Source: an uncultured Verrucomicrobiae bacterium
GTDB lineage: Bacteria; Verrucomicrobiota; Verrucomicrobiia; Chthoniobacterales; Chthoniobacteraceae
DNA length: 64,000 nt
Direction of reading: 5' to 3'
Assembly (NCBI GenBank): GCA_963769025.1
Contig: CAVYKI010000004.1
Span: 32,001-96,000, forward strand
The notes under the pieces were generated by a model. That model had not been told where the DNA came from and made no database searches. It saw only the letters and a program-made list of their open reading frames with translations. Numbering within the stretch: position 1 is the first letter of the stretch; each line of letters opens with the position of its first letter. Below are positions 34,405 through 45,884 of the stretch, one piece after another. Both the position numbers and the translations under genes were made by a program.

Positions 34405-35781
34405 CTAGAGAAGGTGGAAACTCATCGGGTAATCGAACGTGCCGTTGCGCAGCGCCTCGGGTGGCGGCGGATCGAACTCCGCTTCGCGCACGCACTGCTC
34501 GATGAGCGAGGCGTGTGCGGGGTTGGAAGTATTTTCCTCCACCCGGAAGCTCCGCACCTTGCCGCGCGAGTCGAGGGTGAATGTCACCGTGATTTTTCCC
34601 GTCTGGAGCAGGCTCATGCGCTGCTGGATGTAATAGTTCCACCTCGAACCGACGGCGGAACTGACGGCTTTCCGGTAACGCCCGAGCGGCGTTGCGACGG
34701 AATCCACGCCATCCTCGCCCTCGGGCAAATTCGTCCCGTTCACTTTCGTGCGGCGCATTTGCGGCGAGTAGCCGGGGTTCGGGACCGGCCGCGGCTGGTT
34801 GTTTTTGAACTCGAGCTTTGCAGCCACGATGACGGATTGCGGGCGCGTGGGCGCCTTCGCTTGCGTGTCCTGCGGGGTGGGTGTCGGGAGGTGCGCCGGT
34901 GTCGGGCGGGCGGTGGCGAGCGGTGTCGGTTTCGGTTCCGGCGTCGCGGTGGGCTTGGGCGTCGGCTTGGTTTCCGGCTCAGGCTGCTTGTTCGCCATGT
35001 CCTTCGGCGCATTCGGGTCGATGCGGCGATTCAGATACATGGGAATCTGGTCCTCATTTGCCTCCTGCACGGAGAGGATATTGGGCGGAGGAGCTGCAGT
35101 CGCGACGAGCATCGGCGTGGGTGTCGGCGTCTGGACCGGGCGGGGCGTGAGGCGCGGCAGTGCGGGAGTCGCGGGTTCGGGCGGCGTCTGCGCATCGGGG
35201 TCCACCGGCTTCGGCTTGAAAAGCGGCGAATTCTCCGGTCGCGGAGGCTCCGCGGGATCTTCCGGTTTGCCGAGACTCACCTCCCGGTTGGCCAATTGCG
35301 TGAACGGCATGTTCTCGAGTCCATCGAGCGTCGGCAAAGGATCGGAACCTGTGCCGCGCTTGCGGCTGCCGGCGACGCTGTCCCGCCAGCTTTCGAGCAG
35401 CGCCTTGGTGGAGGTGTTCTTTTTCCGGGCGAGTCCCTCGACGTCGATGTACTCGCGCTGCTTTTCGGGAGGGAGCTGCGCAAAAAGTTCCTTCAGCAGC
35501 TCTTCGTCCTGTTTGGCCAGTTTTTCGGGCACAGGCGTCGGCTTCTCCGCGACCTTGGGCGGGGGCGTCGGCGTGTAGAGGACGATTTCGAGTTTCTTCG
35601 GCTCAGGGGTGGGTTTTGGGGCGGGGAGCAGCGAATACCGCGTGAGCAACTGCCCGACGAGCGGCAATGCCATGAAGAGCAGCAGCACGAACGCGTGGAC
35701 CAGCAGCGCGATGAGGACAGCGAGCGGCAGCTTGATGCGGTCGGGAAATGCGACGAATGCATCAAGCCATCGGCGGAACAC
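34405..35781 (-). CDS. TonB/TolA-like energy transducer (TM anchor, Pro-rich linker, C-terminal domain)
   Basis: LIALLVH TM with conserved His, PTP/PKP-rich linker, ITVTFTLDSRGKV...EFDPPP; likely GTG start at 35781 (ORF open to 35874 overlaps the next gene). Confidence 0.8.
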   Translation of the reverse strand: MFRRWLDAFVAFPDRIKLPLAVLIALLVHAFVLLLFMALPLVGQLLTRYSLLPAPKPTPEPKKLEIVLYTPTPPPKVAEKPTPVPEKLAKQDEELLKELFAQLPPEKQREYIDVEGLARKKNTSTKALLESWRDSVAGSRKRGTGSDPLPTLDGLENMPFTQLANREVSLGKPEDPAEPPRPENSPLFKPKPVDPDAQTPPEPATPALPRLTPRPVQTPTPTPMLVATAAPPPNILSVQEANEDQIPMYLNRRIDPNAPKDMANKQPEPETKPTPKPTATPEPKPTPLATARPTPAHLPTPTPQDTQAKAPTRPQSVIVAAKLEFKNNQPRPVPNPGYSPQMRRTKVNGTNLPEGEDGVDSVATPLGRYRKAVSSAVGSRWNYYIQQRMSLLQTGKITVTFTLDSRGKVRSFRVEENTSNPAHASLIEQCVREAEFDPPPPEALRNGTFDYPMSFHLL

Positions 35782-35804
35782 GGTCGGGCTGGACTCGGCT
35801 GGGC

Positions 35805-36509
35805 TCAAAGGCTGCGGATAATTCCGCCATCCATCGCACCAATCGCGCCAAAACGCGAGAGTTGAGCACACCACTCGATTTGATCCGTCCAGCCCCGTGC
35901 GGCGAGGGCGCGTCCATTTCGCGCGGCGCGCAGGCCGTCCAGCGGCGTGGCGAACTGCCGGGCGGTGGCGAGCGCGGATACGGCGGCGTCGGTCAGCTCA
36001 GCCTCGGGGAACTCCGCCGCGAGCAGTCCGGCGGCGATGGCATCCTCGAGGGCAAATGTCTCGAACGTCCCTGCACACACGAGCAGCACCTCGGCCGTGC
36101 GCGTGCGCGTGAGTTCGTCGCGGAGCGCGGCGAGGTTCAGCAGCGCGCCGACGAGCACGCGGCCGGCGCGCTCGCAGGCCCGGAGGGCCAGCGTGCCATT
36201 CGTGGTCGTGCTGATGATCCGCTTTCCGGCGAGCGCCGTGTATTCGAACGGATTGTTACCAAGGTCGAAGCCTTCGATGCGTTCGCCGTGCCGCTCTCCT
36301 CCGAGGAGCGCATCGGGCATCCGTTTTCGCAGCTCGATCGCCTCTTCGATCGTCTTTGCGGGGAAGATTTCCGCGGCGCCATTTGCCAGCGCGGTGGTCA
36401 TGGACGACGTCGCACGGAGGATGTCGAACACGACGCACGTCGTGGCGCTGAGGTCGCGCTCCGGCAGGCGGCTGATGTCGGCGGGGGTGAGGGCTGCGTC
36501 GAGTTTCAT
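35805..36509 (-). CDS. comB: 2-phosphosulfolactate phosphatase (ComB) family protein
   Basis: VVFDILRATSS, GERHG, FDLGNNP, TTTNGT, GALLNL, VCAG, LEDAIAAG. Confidence 0.88.
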   Translation of the reverse strand: MKLDAALTPADISRLPERDLSATTCVVFDILRATSSMTTALANGAAEIFPAKTIEEAIELRKRMPDALLGGERHGERIEGFDLGNNPFEYTALAGKRIISTTTNGTLALRACERAGRVLVGALLNLAALRDELTRTRTAEVLLVCAGTFETFALEDAIAAGLLAAEFPEAELTDAAVSALATARQFATPLDGLRAARNGRALAARGWTDQIEWCAQLSRFGAIGAMDGGIIRSL

Positions 36510-37363
36510 TTGGATTTCCGGCCCCGCGGCTGGGTCGTGCGCGCGTGGTGAAAGAGATACTGCTGCGCGTAGCCGCCGTATGGGCCGAAATAGCGCGCGG
36601 AGAATTCCCGGAGCCGTTTCGGTGTCACCTTGCGTTTCTTTGCAAAGTAGATGCTCCGCAATACGCGCTCGATCCACACATCGATCGGGAATGCAGCGAG
36701 CCGTTCAAAGCTGAAAAGCAGCGCGCAGTTTGCCACCTTCGGCCCGACGCCGGGCAGACGCTGCAACGCTTCCGCTGCCTCGCCGTCGGGAAGGCGGGCG
36801 ACACCCGGGAGGTTCACTTCGCCGGAGGCGACCATGCGCGCCGCACCGAGAAGATTTTTGGCGCGGTAGCCGAGCGCGCATGCGCGGAGGTCGGCCTCCT
36901 CCAGCGCGCCGAGCGCAGCCGGCTCGGGATAGGAAAACAGGCGTTCTCCATTCCACTCGAAGGCGCGTCCGTAACGCTGCCGCAGCACATGCGAAATCTG
37001 CGCGATGTGGACGACCGCCTTTTGCGCGCTGGTGATGAACGTGGCCACGCATTCCCAATGCGGCTGCCGCACCAGCCGCAGTCCGCGGCATGTCTCCGCG
37101 GCCAGGGCCATCGCAGGATCGTCCGGGAAAGTCGTGCGCATCTCCGCGAGCGGATGATCGAGCGCGAAGTAGCGAGCCGCGGTTTCCTCCATGCCCCGAG
37201 GGACGAGCAGCATCCCGCCGCGCTGCTCGGCGTAGCACGGCGAATCGCCGATCATCCCCAGCCAGCCCGCGCCATGCCTCCGCCAATGAAAGACCTGGCC
37301 GCAGCCGAGCGTCAGTGAGAGGTCGAATTCCGGCGCGGCGAGTTCCGCGAGCGCACGGCTCAT
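36506..37363 (-). CDS. 8-oxoguanine DNA glycosylase (OGG/AlkA HhH-GPD family)
   Basis: FDLSLTLGCGQVFHW, GLRLVRQPHWEC, LGYRAK, LPGVGPKVANC HhH with Lys, FPIDVW, GYAQQYLF. Confidence 0.9.
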   Translation of the reverse strand: MSRALAELAAPEFDLSLTLGCGQVFHWRRHGAGWLGMIGDSPCYAEQRGGMLLVPRGMEETAARYFALDHPLAEMRTTFPDDPAMALAAETCRGLRLVRQPHWECVATFITSAQKAVVHIAQISHVLRQRYGRAFEWNGERLFSYPEPAALGALEEADLRACALGYRAKNLLGAARMVASGEVNLPGVARLPDGEAAEALQRLPGVGPKVANCALLFSFERLAAFPIDVWIERVLRSIYFAKKRKVTPKRLREFSARYFGPYGGYAQQYLFHHARTTQPRGRKSK

Positions 37364-37980
37364 TTCACGAAGTAGCTCAGACTCTCGAGCTGGATGGCGA
37401 GATCCACGTTGTTCACGGCGATGCGTTCCGGCACATGCAGCACCGCGGGCGCGAAATTCAAAATGGCCTGCACGCCGCATTCGATGAGCCGGTTTGCGAC
37501 CTGCTGCGCGACCTTGCCGGGCACCGTGAGGATCGCCAGCTTCACGCCCCGGTCGCGGATGAAAGTGGCGAGCTGTTCCATCGGGAGGATGGGAATGCCG
37601 ATGTCCCGGGGACGTTTGCGATCCACGTCCTCGTCGAATGCCGCCACGACCTCGAATCCCTCGCGCGCGAATCCGCCGTAGCGGAGCAACGCCGTGCCGA
37701 GCTGGCCCGCGCCGACGAGGATCACCGGTTGCAGTTTCGCCATCCCGAGGACGCCGGTGATGGCCGTGCTGAGTCCCTCGACATTGTAGCCGAGCCCCCG
37801 CGTGCCCCATTGCCCGAAATACGTGAGGTCCTTGCGAAGCTGCGTCGGCTTCACCCCCGCTGCCGTGGCGAGCGCGTCGGAACTGACCGTGCTGACCCCA
37901 TTCTCACGCAGCCGCTGAAGCGCCCGATTGTAGATCGAAAGACGGTAGATTGTTTTGCGGGGGATGTCGGCCTTTTGCAT
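37360..37980 (-). CDS. rex: Redox-sensing transcriptional repressor Rex
   Basis: IPRKTIYRLSIYNRAL, QLRKDLTYFGQWGTRGLGYNV, VGAGQLGTAL, ILNFAP. Confidence 0.95.
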   Translation of the reverse strand: MQKADIPRKTIYRLSIYNRALQRLRENGVSTVSSDALATAAGVKPTQLRKDLTYFGQWGTRGLGYNVEGLSTAITGVLGMAKLQPVILVGAGQLGTALLRYGGFAREGFEVVAAFDEDVDRKRPRDIGIPILPMEQLATFIRDRGVKLAILTVPGKVAQQVANRLIECGVQAILNFAPAVLHVPERIAVNNVDLAIQLESLSYFVK

Positions 37981-38140
37981 CGGCTTGTGAAATTGTGTGT
38001 GAAATTAGCAGAAGGTCACCGTCTCGCCAGCGGAATGCGGCGATGACTTCGCACCGCGAGACCCGGCGTCCAGGCGCTGGACGCCATTCAAAAACGAAGA
38101 TCGTTGTTTGCTCCGCAGCGCGCGTCCGCTATTTCGCGGC

Positions 38141-38737
38141 ATGAGCAATGTCCGACCCGACCGCACCATCGAGCACGACTGGTCGCCGCGTCGTGTCCCG
38201 GAGAATGTCACGTGGGGCGAGGGCTTTTACTGCGAGAGCGCGCAGTGCTTCCTGCATTTCAAGGGCAGGCGGCAGCCTGCGATCGAAATCGGAAACCACG
38301 TGAGCATTTACGCGGCCTGCCAGTTTGCGGTGGCGGCGGATGCGCACGTGACCATCGGGGATTTCACGCTGCTCGTCGGCGCGCTGATCACCTCGGACAC
38401 GCGCGTGGAAATCGGCTCCCACTGCCTCATCTCCTGGGGCGTAGGAATCGCGGACAGCGACTTCCATCCCGTCGGCGCTGCGCAGCGGATGATCGATGCG
38501 GAGGCGCTCGCGCCTTACTTTGAAAACAAACCCGCGCGCCCGCTCGAAGCGGTGCGCTCGAAGCCGGTGAAGATCGGCAACAACGTGTGGATCGGCATGA
38601 ACGCCATCGTGCTCAAGGGCGTGACCATCGGCGACAATTCCGTGGTCGCCGCCGGGGCCGTCGTGACGAAGGACGTGCCGGCGGGCACCATCGTCGCGGG
38701 CAATCCTGCGCGGTTTGCAAAGAGGGTTCCGGAGTGA
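38141..38737 (+). CDS. Hexapeptide-repeat acyltransferase
   Basis: [66 protein letters not shown]. Confidence 0.9.
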   Translation: MSNVRPDRTIEHDWSPRRVPENVTWGEGFYCESAQCFLHFKGRRQPAIEIGNHVSIYAACQFAVAADAHVTIGDFTLLVGALITSDTRVEIGSHCLISWGVGIADSDFHPVGAAQRMIDAEALAPYFENKPARPLEAVRSKPVKIGNNVWIGMNAIVLKGVTIGDNSVVAAGAVVTKDVPAGTIVAGNPARFAKRVPE

Positions 38738-39909
38738 TGAAAAAAAAGCGCATCATCGTCATGGGCTTCATGGGTGGCTGTCCGATCGCGGGCGTCATCT
38801 GGCAGCACATCCACTACATCGTCGGTCTCCAGCGCCTCGGGCATGAGGTGTACTACATCGAGGACTCCGCGCGGTATCCGTACAATCCGGTCACGTACGA
38901 GGAGAATGAAAAGTACGGATACGCCGCAGAGGTGCTGGATCGCCTCGCGAGGCAGTTTGGATTCGAGCGGCGGTGGAGCTACTGCGCGCGTTTCATCCCC
39001 GGCGATCCCACCGCGGGGATGTCGCTGAAAAAACTGCGCGAACTTTACCGCACCGCCGACGCGATCCTGAACGTGTGCGGCGCGCAGGAATTCAACGAGG
39101 ACCTGCTCGTCTCGCAGAACATCCTGTACGTCGAGAGCGATCCCGGGGTGGAGCAGATCCGCGTGGATCTCGGGGAGAAAAAGACGCGCGCCTATTTGAA
39201 GCGTCACCGTGCGCTGTTCACGTTCGGCGAACTTGTCGGCACCAAGGATTTTCCCGTGCCGGTGCATCGCTTCCGCTGGATGCCGACGCGCCAGCCGGTC
39301 GTCACGGATTTCTGGAAGACGCGCACCGCGCCGCCCGCGAAGGCGACCTTCACGACCATCGCAAACTGGAACACAAGCGGTCGCAAGGACATGAAGTGGC
39401 GCGGGAAAAAGCTGCTGTGGAGCAAGTCGCTGGAGTTTCTGAAATTCGTCGAGAGCCCGAAGCGCGCCGGGGAGACGTTCGAGATGACGACGAACATCGG
39501 CGATGCGGACACGCGCGCGCTTTTCCTGAAGAACAAATGGCAGCTCGCGCCGCCGGACGACATCAGCATCCACTGGGACAAATACCGCGACTACATCCGG
39601 CGCTCGAAGGGCGAGTTCACCGTGGCGAAGGATCAATACGTTCGCCTTCGCACCGGCTGGTTCAGCGACCGCACCGCGTGCTACCTCGCGAGCGGGCGGC
39701 CCGCCATCACGCAGGAGACGGGTTTCACGAAAATCTACGGCGGCGACAAGGGGCTACTCGCGTTTCAGACCGTCGAGCAAATCGTGGAGCACGTGCGCGC
39801 GATCAACGCCGACTATAAGGCGCACAGCCGCGCCGCATTTGAAATCGCGGCGGAGTATTTCGAGGCGACGAAGGTGCTCGCCGATCTGCTCGGGCGGGCG
39901 GGCGTCTAG
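38737..39909 (+). CDS. Uncharacterised GT-B glycosyltransferase-like protein (CgeB-like C-terminus)
   Basis: GLQRLGHEVYYIED, YRDYIRRSKGEFTVAKDQYV...GWFSDRTACYLASGRPAITQETGF; ATG overlaps the upstream TGA. Confidence 0.65.
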   Translation: MKKKRIIVMGFMGGCPIAGVIWQHIHYIVGLQRLGHEVYYIEDSARYPYNPVTYEENEKYGYAAEVLDRLARQFGFERRWSYCARFIPGDPTAGMSLKKLRELYRTADAILNVCGAQEFNEDLLVSQNILYVESDPGVEQIRVDLGEKKTRAYLKRHRALFTFGELVGTKDFPVPVHRFRWMPTRQPVVTDFWKTRTAPPAKATFTTIANWNTSGRKDMKWRGKKLLWSKSLEFLKFVESPKRAGETFEMTTNIGDADTRALFLKNKWQLAPPDDISIHWDKYRDYIRRSKGEFTVAKDQYVRLRTGWFSDRTACYLASGRPAITQETGFTKIYGGDKGLLAFQTVEQIVEHVRAINADYKAHSRAAFEIAAEYFEATKVLADLLGRAGV

Positions 39910-39924
39910 GGAGTTTCGCCGCCG

Positions 39925-42288
<2,364 letters not shown>

Positions 42289-42398
42289 GCAATTCCCCGA
42301 TTTACTCCGCGCGCCGCGGTCGCCTAATGTCGCGGCACGATGAGACTCCCCACGACTCGCAGTTGCCGTTTTGCGGATCCATCTGAACGCAATCCGCC

Positions 42399-42902
42399 AT
42401 GGAACTGATCCACTCACTCGGCTGGCAGGAGCTTTCCCTCCGCCTCGGCAGCGCCGTGTTCGCCGGCGCGGTGCTCGGCCTGAACCGCGAATTGCGTGGC
42501 AAGCCCGCCGGACTGCGCACGAACGCGCTGGTGTCACTCGGCGCGGCCTTGCTCGTGCTTGCGTGTGTCGGCGTGACATTGGGTCCGGACAGCGTGCACC
42601 GGGCCGATGCCATGAGCCGTGTCATGCAGGGCATCATCACCGGCATCGGATTTCTCGGCGCGGGCGTCATCCTTCGCGATACGGGCGGCACGCAGGTGCA
42701 TGGCATCACGACTGCGGCGACCATCTGGCTGACTGCGACGCTGGGCGTGCTGTGCGGCGCGGGGCTGTGGCTCGTGGCGCTGCTCGGCGTGGGGCTTACG
42801 CTCGTGATCCTGATCCTGGGAAGGCCGCTCGATAAGTTCCTTCATCGCAGATTTCCGAAGCTCACGAAACACGACCGCCACGACGTGCCGCCGCATACCT
42901 GA
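42399..42902 (+). CDS. MgtC/SapB family membrane protein
   Basis: GLNRELRGKPAGLRT, GIITGIGFLGAGVI, GITTAATIW. Confidence 0.92.
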   Translation: MELIHSLGWQELSLRLGSAVFAGAVLGLNRELRGKPAGLRTNALVSLGAALLVLACVGVTLGPDSVHRADAMSRVMQGIITGIGFLGAGVILRDTGGTQVHGITTAATIWLTATLGVLCGAGLWLVALLGVGLTLVILILGRPLDKFLHRRFPKLTKHDRHDVPPHT

Positions 42903-42905
42903 GTC

Positions 42906-43841
42906 ATGGTCGAAATTGGTGCCATCGACTCCCACACCGGCGGCGAACCCACGCGCGTCGTCGTCAGCGGCGGGCCGGAACTGGGGAGCGGAACCGTCGC
43001 CGAGCGGCTCGACGTCTTTCGCAGGGAGCACGATCGTTTCCGCTGCGCCATCGTGAACGAACCGCGCGGCTCCGAGGTGCTCGTCGGCGCGCTGCTTTGC
43101 GAGCCGTCCGCGCCCGATTGCGCGACCGGGGTCATCTTTTTCAACAATGTCGGTTTTCTCGGAATGTGCGGCCACGGCGCCATCGGAGTCATCGCGACAC
43201 TCGGGCACATGGGCGCGCTTTTCGCCGGCGAGCATCGCATCGAAACGCCCGTGGGCGTGATCACCGCGACACTTCACGCAGACGGCTCTGTGTCGGTCGG
43301 AAATGTGCCGAGCTACCGGAACGCGAGCGCGGTGCGAGTGGCCGTGGAGGGAATCGGAAACGTGACCGGCGATCTGGCGTGGGGCGGCAACTGGTTCTTC
43401 CTCGTCGAGAATCACGGGCTCGCGCTTGAAGCCGGGAACATCGGGCGGCTCACCGATTTCGCGTGGCGTGTGCGCGCTGCGGTGAATGCGCAGGGTTTCC
43501 CCGAGGTGGATCACGTCGAGTTGTTCGGGCCGCCTGCGGGCGGCGGGGATTCGCGGAGCTTTGTGCTTTGCCCGGGCAAGGCGTACGACCGTTCACCGTG
43601 CGGCACCGGCACGAGCGCGAAGCTCGCGTGCCTCGCTGCGGATGGCAAACTCGCCGAGGATACCGACTGGACGCAGGAGAGCGTCATTGGCAGCAGGTTT
43701 GCTGCGCGGTTCCGGTGGATTGATCGTGCGAAGGGAATCATCGCGCCGGTCATTACTGGCCGCGCGCACATCACTGCCGAGACGACATTGATCCTCGATG
43801 AGGCGGATCCTTTTTGCTGGGGCCTGCAGCCGCCGCAGTGA
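42906..43841 (+). CDS. 4-hydroxyproline 2-epimerase (proline racemase family)
   Basis: [52 protein letters not shown]; these Ser/Val/His/Cys residues are of the Hyp-epimerase rather than Pro-racemase type. Confidence 0.88.
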   Translation: MVEIGAIDSHTGGEPTRVVVSGGPELGSGTVAERLDVFRREHDRFRCAIVNEPRGSEVLVGALLCEPSAPDCATGVIFFNNVGFLGMCGHGAIGVIATLGHMGALFAGEHRIETPVGVITATLHADGSVSVGNVPSYRNASAVRVAVEGIGNVTGDLAWGGNWFFLVENHGLALEAGNIGRLTDFAWRVRAAVNAQGFPEVDHVELFGPPAGGGDSRSFVLCPGKAYDRSPCGTGTSAKLACLAADGKLAEDTDWTQESVIGSRFAARFRWIDRAKGIIAPVITGRAHITAETTLILDEADPFCWGLQPPQ

Positions 43842-45103
43842 GCAAGCGCCTCGTCATCATCGGCGGCGGCGTCATCGGACTCTGCACGGCATACTACGCG
43901 GCAAAGCGCGGGCATCGTGTCACGGTGCTCGAACGTCTGCCGCAGGAACGCGGCGGTTGCTCTTTTGGAAATGCCGGAATGGTCGTGCCCAGCCATTTCA
44001 TCCCGCTCGCAGCGCCGGGAACGGTCGCGCTTGCTCTCCGATGGATGTGGAATCCAGAGTCGCCGCTCTACATCAAGCCGCGTTTCGATTGGGAGCTTTT
44101 CTCGTGGGGCCTGAAATTCCTGCGCGCCTCGACACGCGCGCATGTGCAGCGCGCGGCACCTGTCATCCGCGACCTTTCGTTTGCGAGCCGCGCGTGCTTC
44201 GGCGAACTCGCGGAGACGCTTGACTTTGGCCTCGCAAAAAAGGGGCTCATGATGCTCTGCAAGACACAGCATGCGCTCGACGAGGAGGCAAAGATTGCCG
44301 CGCTCGCCAATGAACTCGGTGTCCCGGCGGAAGTCCTCGATGCGAAGGCTGCCGCGGCTCTCGAGCCGGGCGTGACGATGAATGTCGCGGGAGGTGTCTA
44401 TTTCCCGAAGGACTGCCACCTCTCACCGGGTCGGCTGATGGCTGCGCTGCAGCGCGAACTGGAAGACGTCGGCGTGGAGTTTTGTTTTGAAAGCGCCGTC
44501 ACCGGCTGGAGGACGAATGGCAGACGTATCGAGGCGGTGACCACGAACGCGGGAGACTTTGCAGCTGATGAATTCGTCCTCTGCGGCGGCGCGTGGTCGC
44601 CGTCGGTCGCGCGAGATTTGCTCGTCCGGCTGCCGATGCAGGCGGGGAAGGGGTACTCGCTCACGCTCACGCGGCCGCGGCAGATCCCGGAGATATGCGC
44701 GATATTTTCCGAGGCGCGCATCGCGGTCACGCCGATGGCTGGAGCGAATGCGGAGAACGCGACGTTGCGCTTTGGCGGGACGATGGAGATCGCGGGGCTC
44801 GACGAAGGCATCAACGCGCGCCGCGTGCAGGGAATCATCAATGCGGTGCCGCGCTACTATCCCGATTTCACGGGCGAAGACTTCGCAGGCGTCCAGCCGT
44901 GGAGCGGCCTGCGGCCCTGCTCCCCGGATGGGCTGCCGTACGTCGGGCGTTTCGCGGCTTACGACAATCTCTCGACGGCGACCGGCCACGCGATGATGGG
45001 GCTGAGCCTCGGCCCCGTGACCGGGAGGCTGATGGCCGAGGTCTTGTCCGGCGAGAGTCCGTCGCTCGATATCGCGCTGCTCTCGCCGGATCGCTTTGCG
45101 TGA
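43838..45103 (+). CDS. FAD-dependent D-amino acid dehydrogenase (DadA-like; probably D-hydroxyproline dehydrogenase by context)
   Basis: [59 protein letters not shown] overlaps the epimerase stop. Confidence 0.88.
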   Translation: MSKRLVIIGGGVIGLCTAYYAAKRGHRVTVLERLPQERGGCSFGNAGMVVPSHFIPLAAPGTVALALRWMWNPESPLYIKPRFDWELFSWGLKFLRASTRAHVQRAAPVIRDLSFASRACFGELAETLDFGLAKKGLMMLCKTQHALDEEAKIAALANELGVPAEVLDAKAAAALEPGVTMNVAGGVYFPKDCHLSPGRLMAALQRELEDVGVEFCFESAVTGWRTNGRRIEAVTTNAGDFAADEFVLCGGAWSPSVARDLLVRLPMQAGKGYSLTLTRPRQIPEICAIFSEARIAVTPMAGANAENATLRFGGTMEIAGLDEGINARRVQGIINAVPRYYPDFTGEDFAGVQPWSGLRPCSPDGLPYVGRFAAYDNLSTATGHAMMGLSLGPVTGRLMAEVLSGESPSLDIALLSPDRFA

Positions 45104-45114
45104 GCGTGCGTGCG

Positions 45115-45795
45115 CTACAGTCCGAAAGCCCGGAGCGTCGCCGGCAGGTCGCCGAGGTCGTCGAGCAGGACGTCCGGAGTGTGCGGAGCGAGCTTTTCCC
45201 TGCGGAAAATCCCGGTGGCGACCGCGACGACACGGGCTCCGATTGCCCGGGCGCATGAGATGTCGTGAGGCGTGTCGCCGATCACGAACGTCCGCGAAAG
45301 GTCGCACGTGTGGCCGCGCTCGCGGGCGCGGGCGAGTGCGAACGGGCCGAGTTCGTCGCGCAGGTGATGGTCGTCGGCGTATGCGCCGAATTCAAAATAC
45401 TGCCACACGCGGTAGTGGGAGAGTTTGTGCTCGGCACCGCGCGCGACATTGCCGGTCAGCAGCGCGAGCACCACGTCCGTGCGCTGGCGCAGCAGCGGCA
45501 GCAGAGTTTCCACCCCTGGGAGCAGGCGGCCCTGCGCCTCCGGAAGCAGAACCGGGAGGTGGCGCAGATAGTTTCCGAGGAGCGCGGCAATTTCCGCATC
45601 CGTTTCCGGGCGGCCGTATTTGCGGAGCAGTTGACGCGCGATGCCGGTGTCCGTACGGCCCGCGATTTCGATTTCGCGCAGGTCATCCTCGACGCCGAAA
45701 GTGTCGTGCGCAGCCATCCGCAGGGCGCGTTCGCCGCAGCCGCCCGTCGTGAGCAGCGTGCCGTCGATGTCAAAAAGGAGCAGGGTCTTTTCCAA
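45115..45795 (-). CDS. HAD-superfamily hydrolase (phosphoglycolate phosphatase-like)
   Basis: LFDIDGTL, GRTD, LLTGN, IGDTPHD. Confidence 0.9.
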   Translation of the reverse strand: MEKTLLLFDIDGTLLTTGGCGERALRMAAHDTFGVEDDLREIEIAGRTDTGIARQLLRKYGRPETDAEIAALLGNYLRHLPVLLPEAQGRLLPGVETLLPLLRQRTDVVLALLTGNVARGAEHKLSHYRVWQYFEFGAYADDHHLRDELGPFALARARERGHTCDLSRTFVIGDTPHDISCARAIGARVVAVATGIFRREKLAPHTPDVLLDDLGDLPATLRAFGL

Positions 45796-45884
45796 GGCGC
45801 GTGGTTGTCGGAGCGGCGGGCCGCTTCGTCAAGGCGCGAGCGGATGCCTTGCGCGAACTGCCGCGCGTGGCGATAACGTGGCGC

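Noticed and set aside
34800..35230. Short tandem-like repeats in the TonB-like gene
   Set aside because: Explained by Pro-Thr/Pro-Lys linker codons
36506..37810. N-terminal extensions in the ORF track (e.g. 36506-37810, 35805-36677, 38587-39909, 62128-63690, 55787-56890)
   Set aside because: Extensions overlap neighbouring genes or have no family-like sequence; downstream starts fit the family N-termini
42906..43841. Proline racemase call
   Set aside because: GSEVLVG, DHVELF and FVLCPG match the hydroxyproline epimerase type rather than proline racemase
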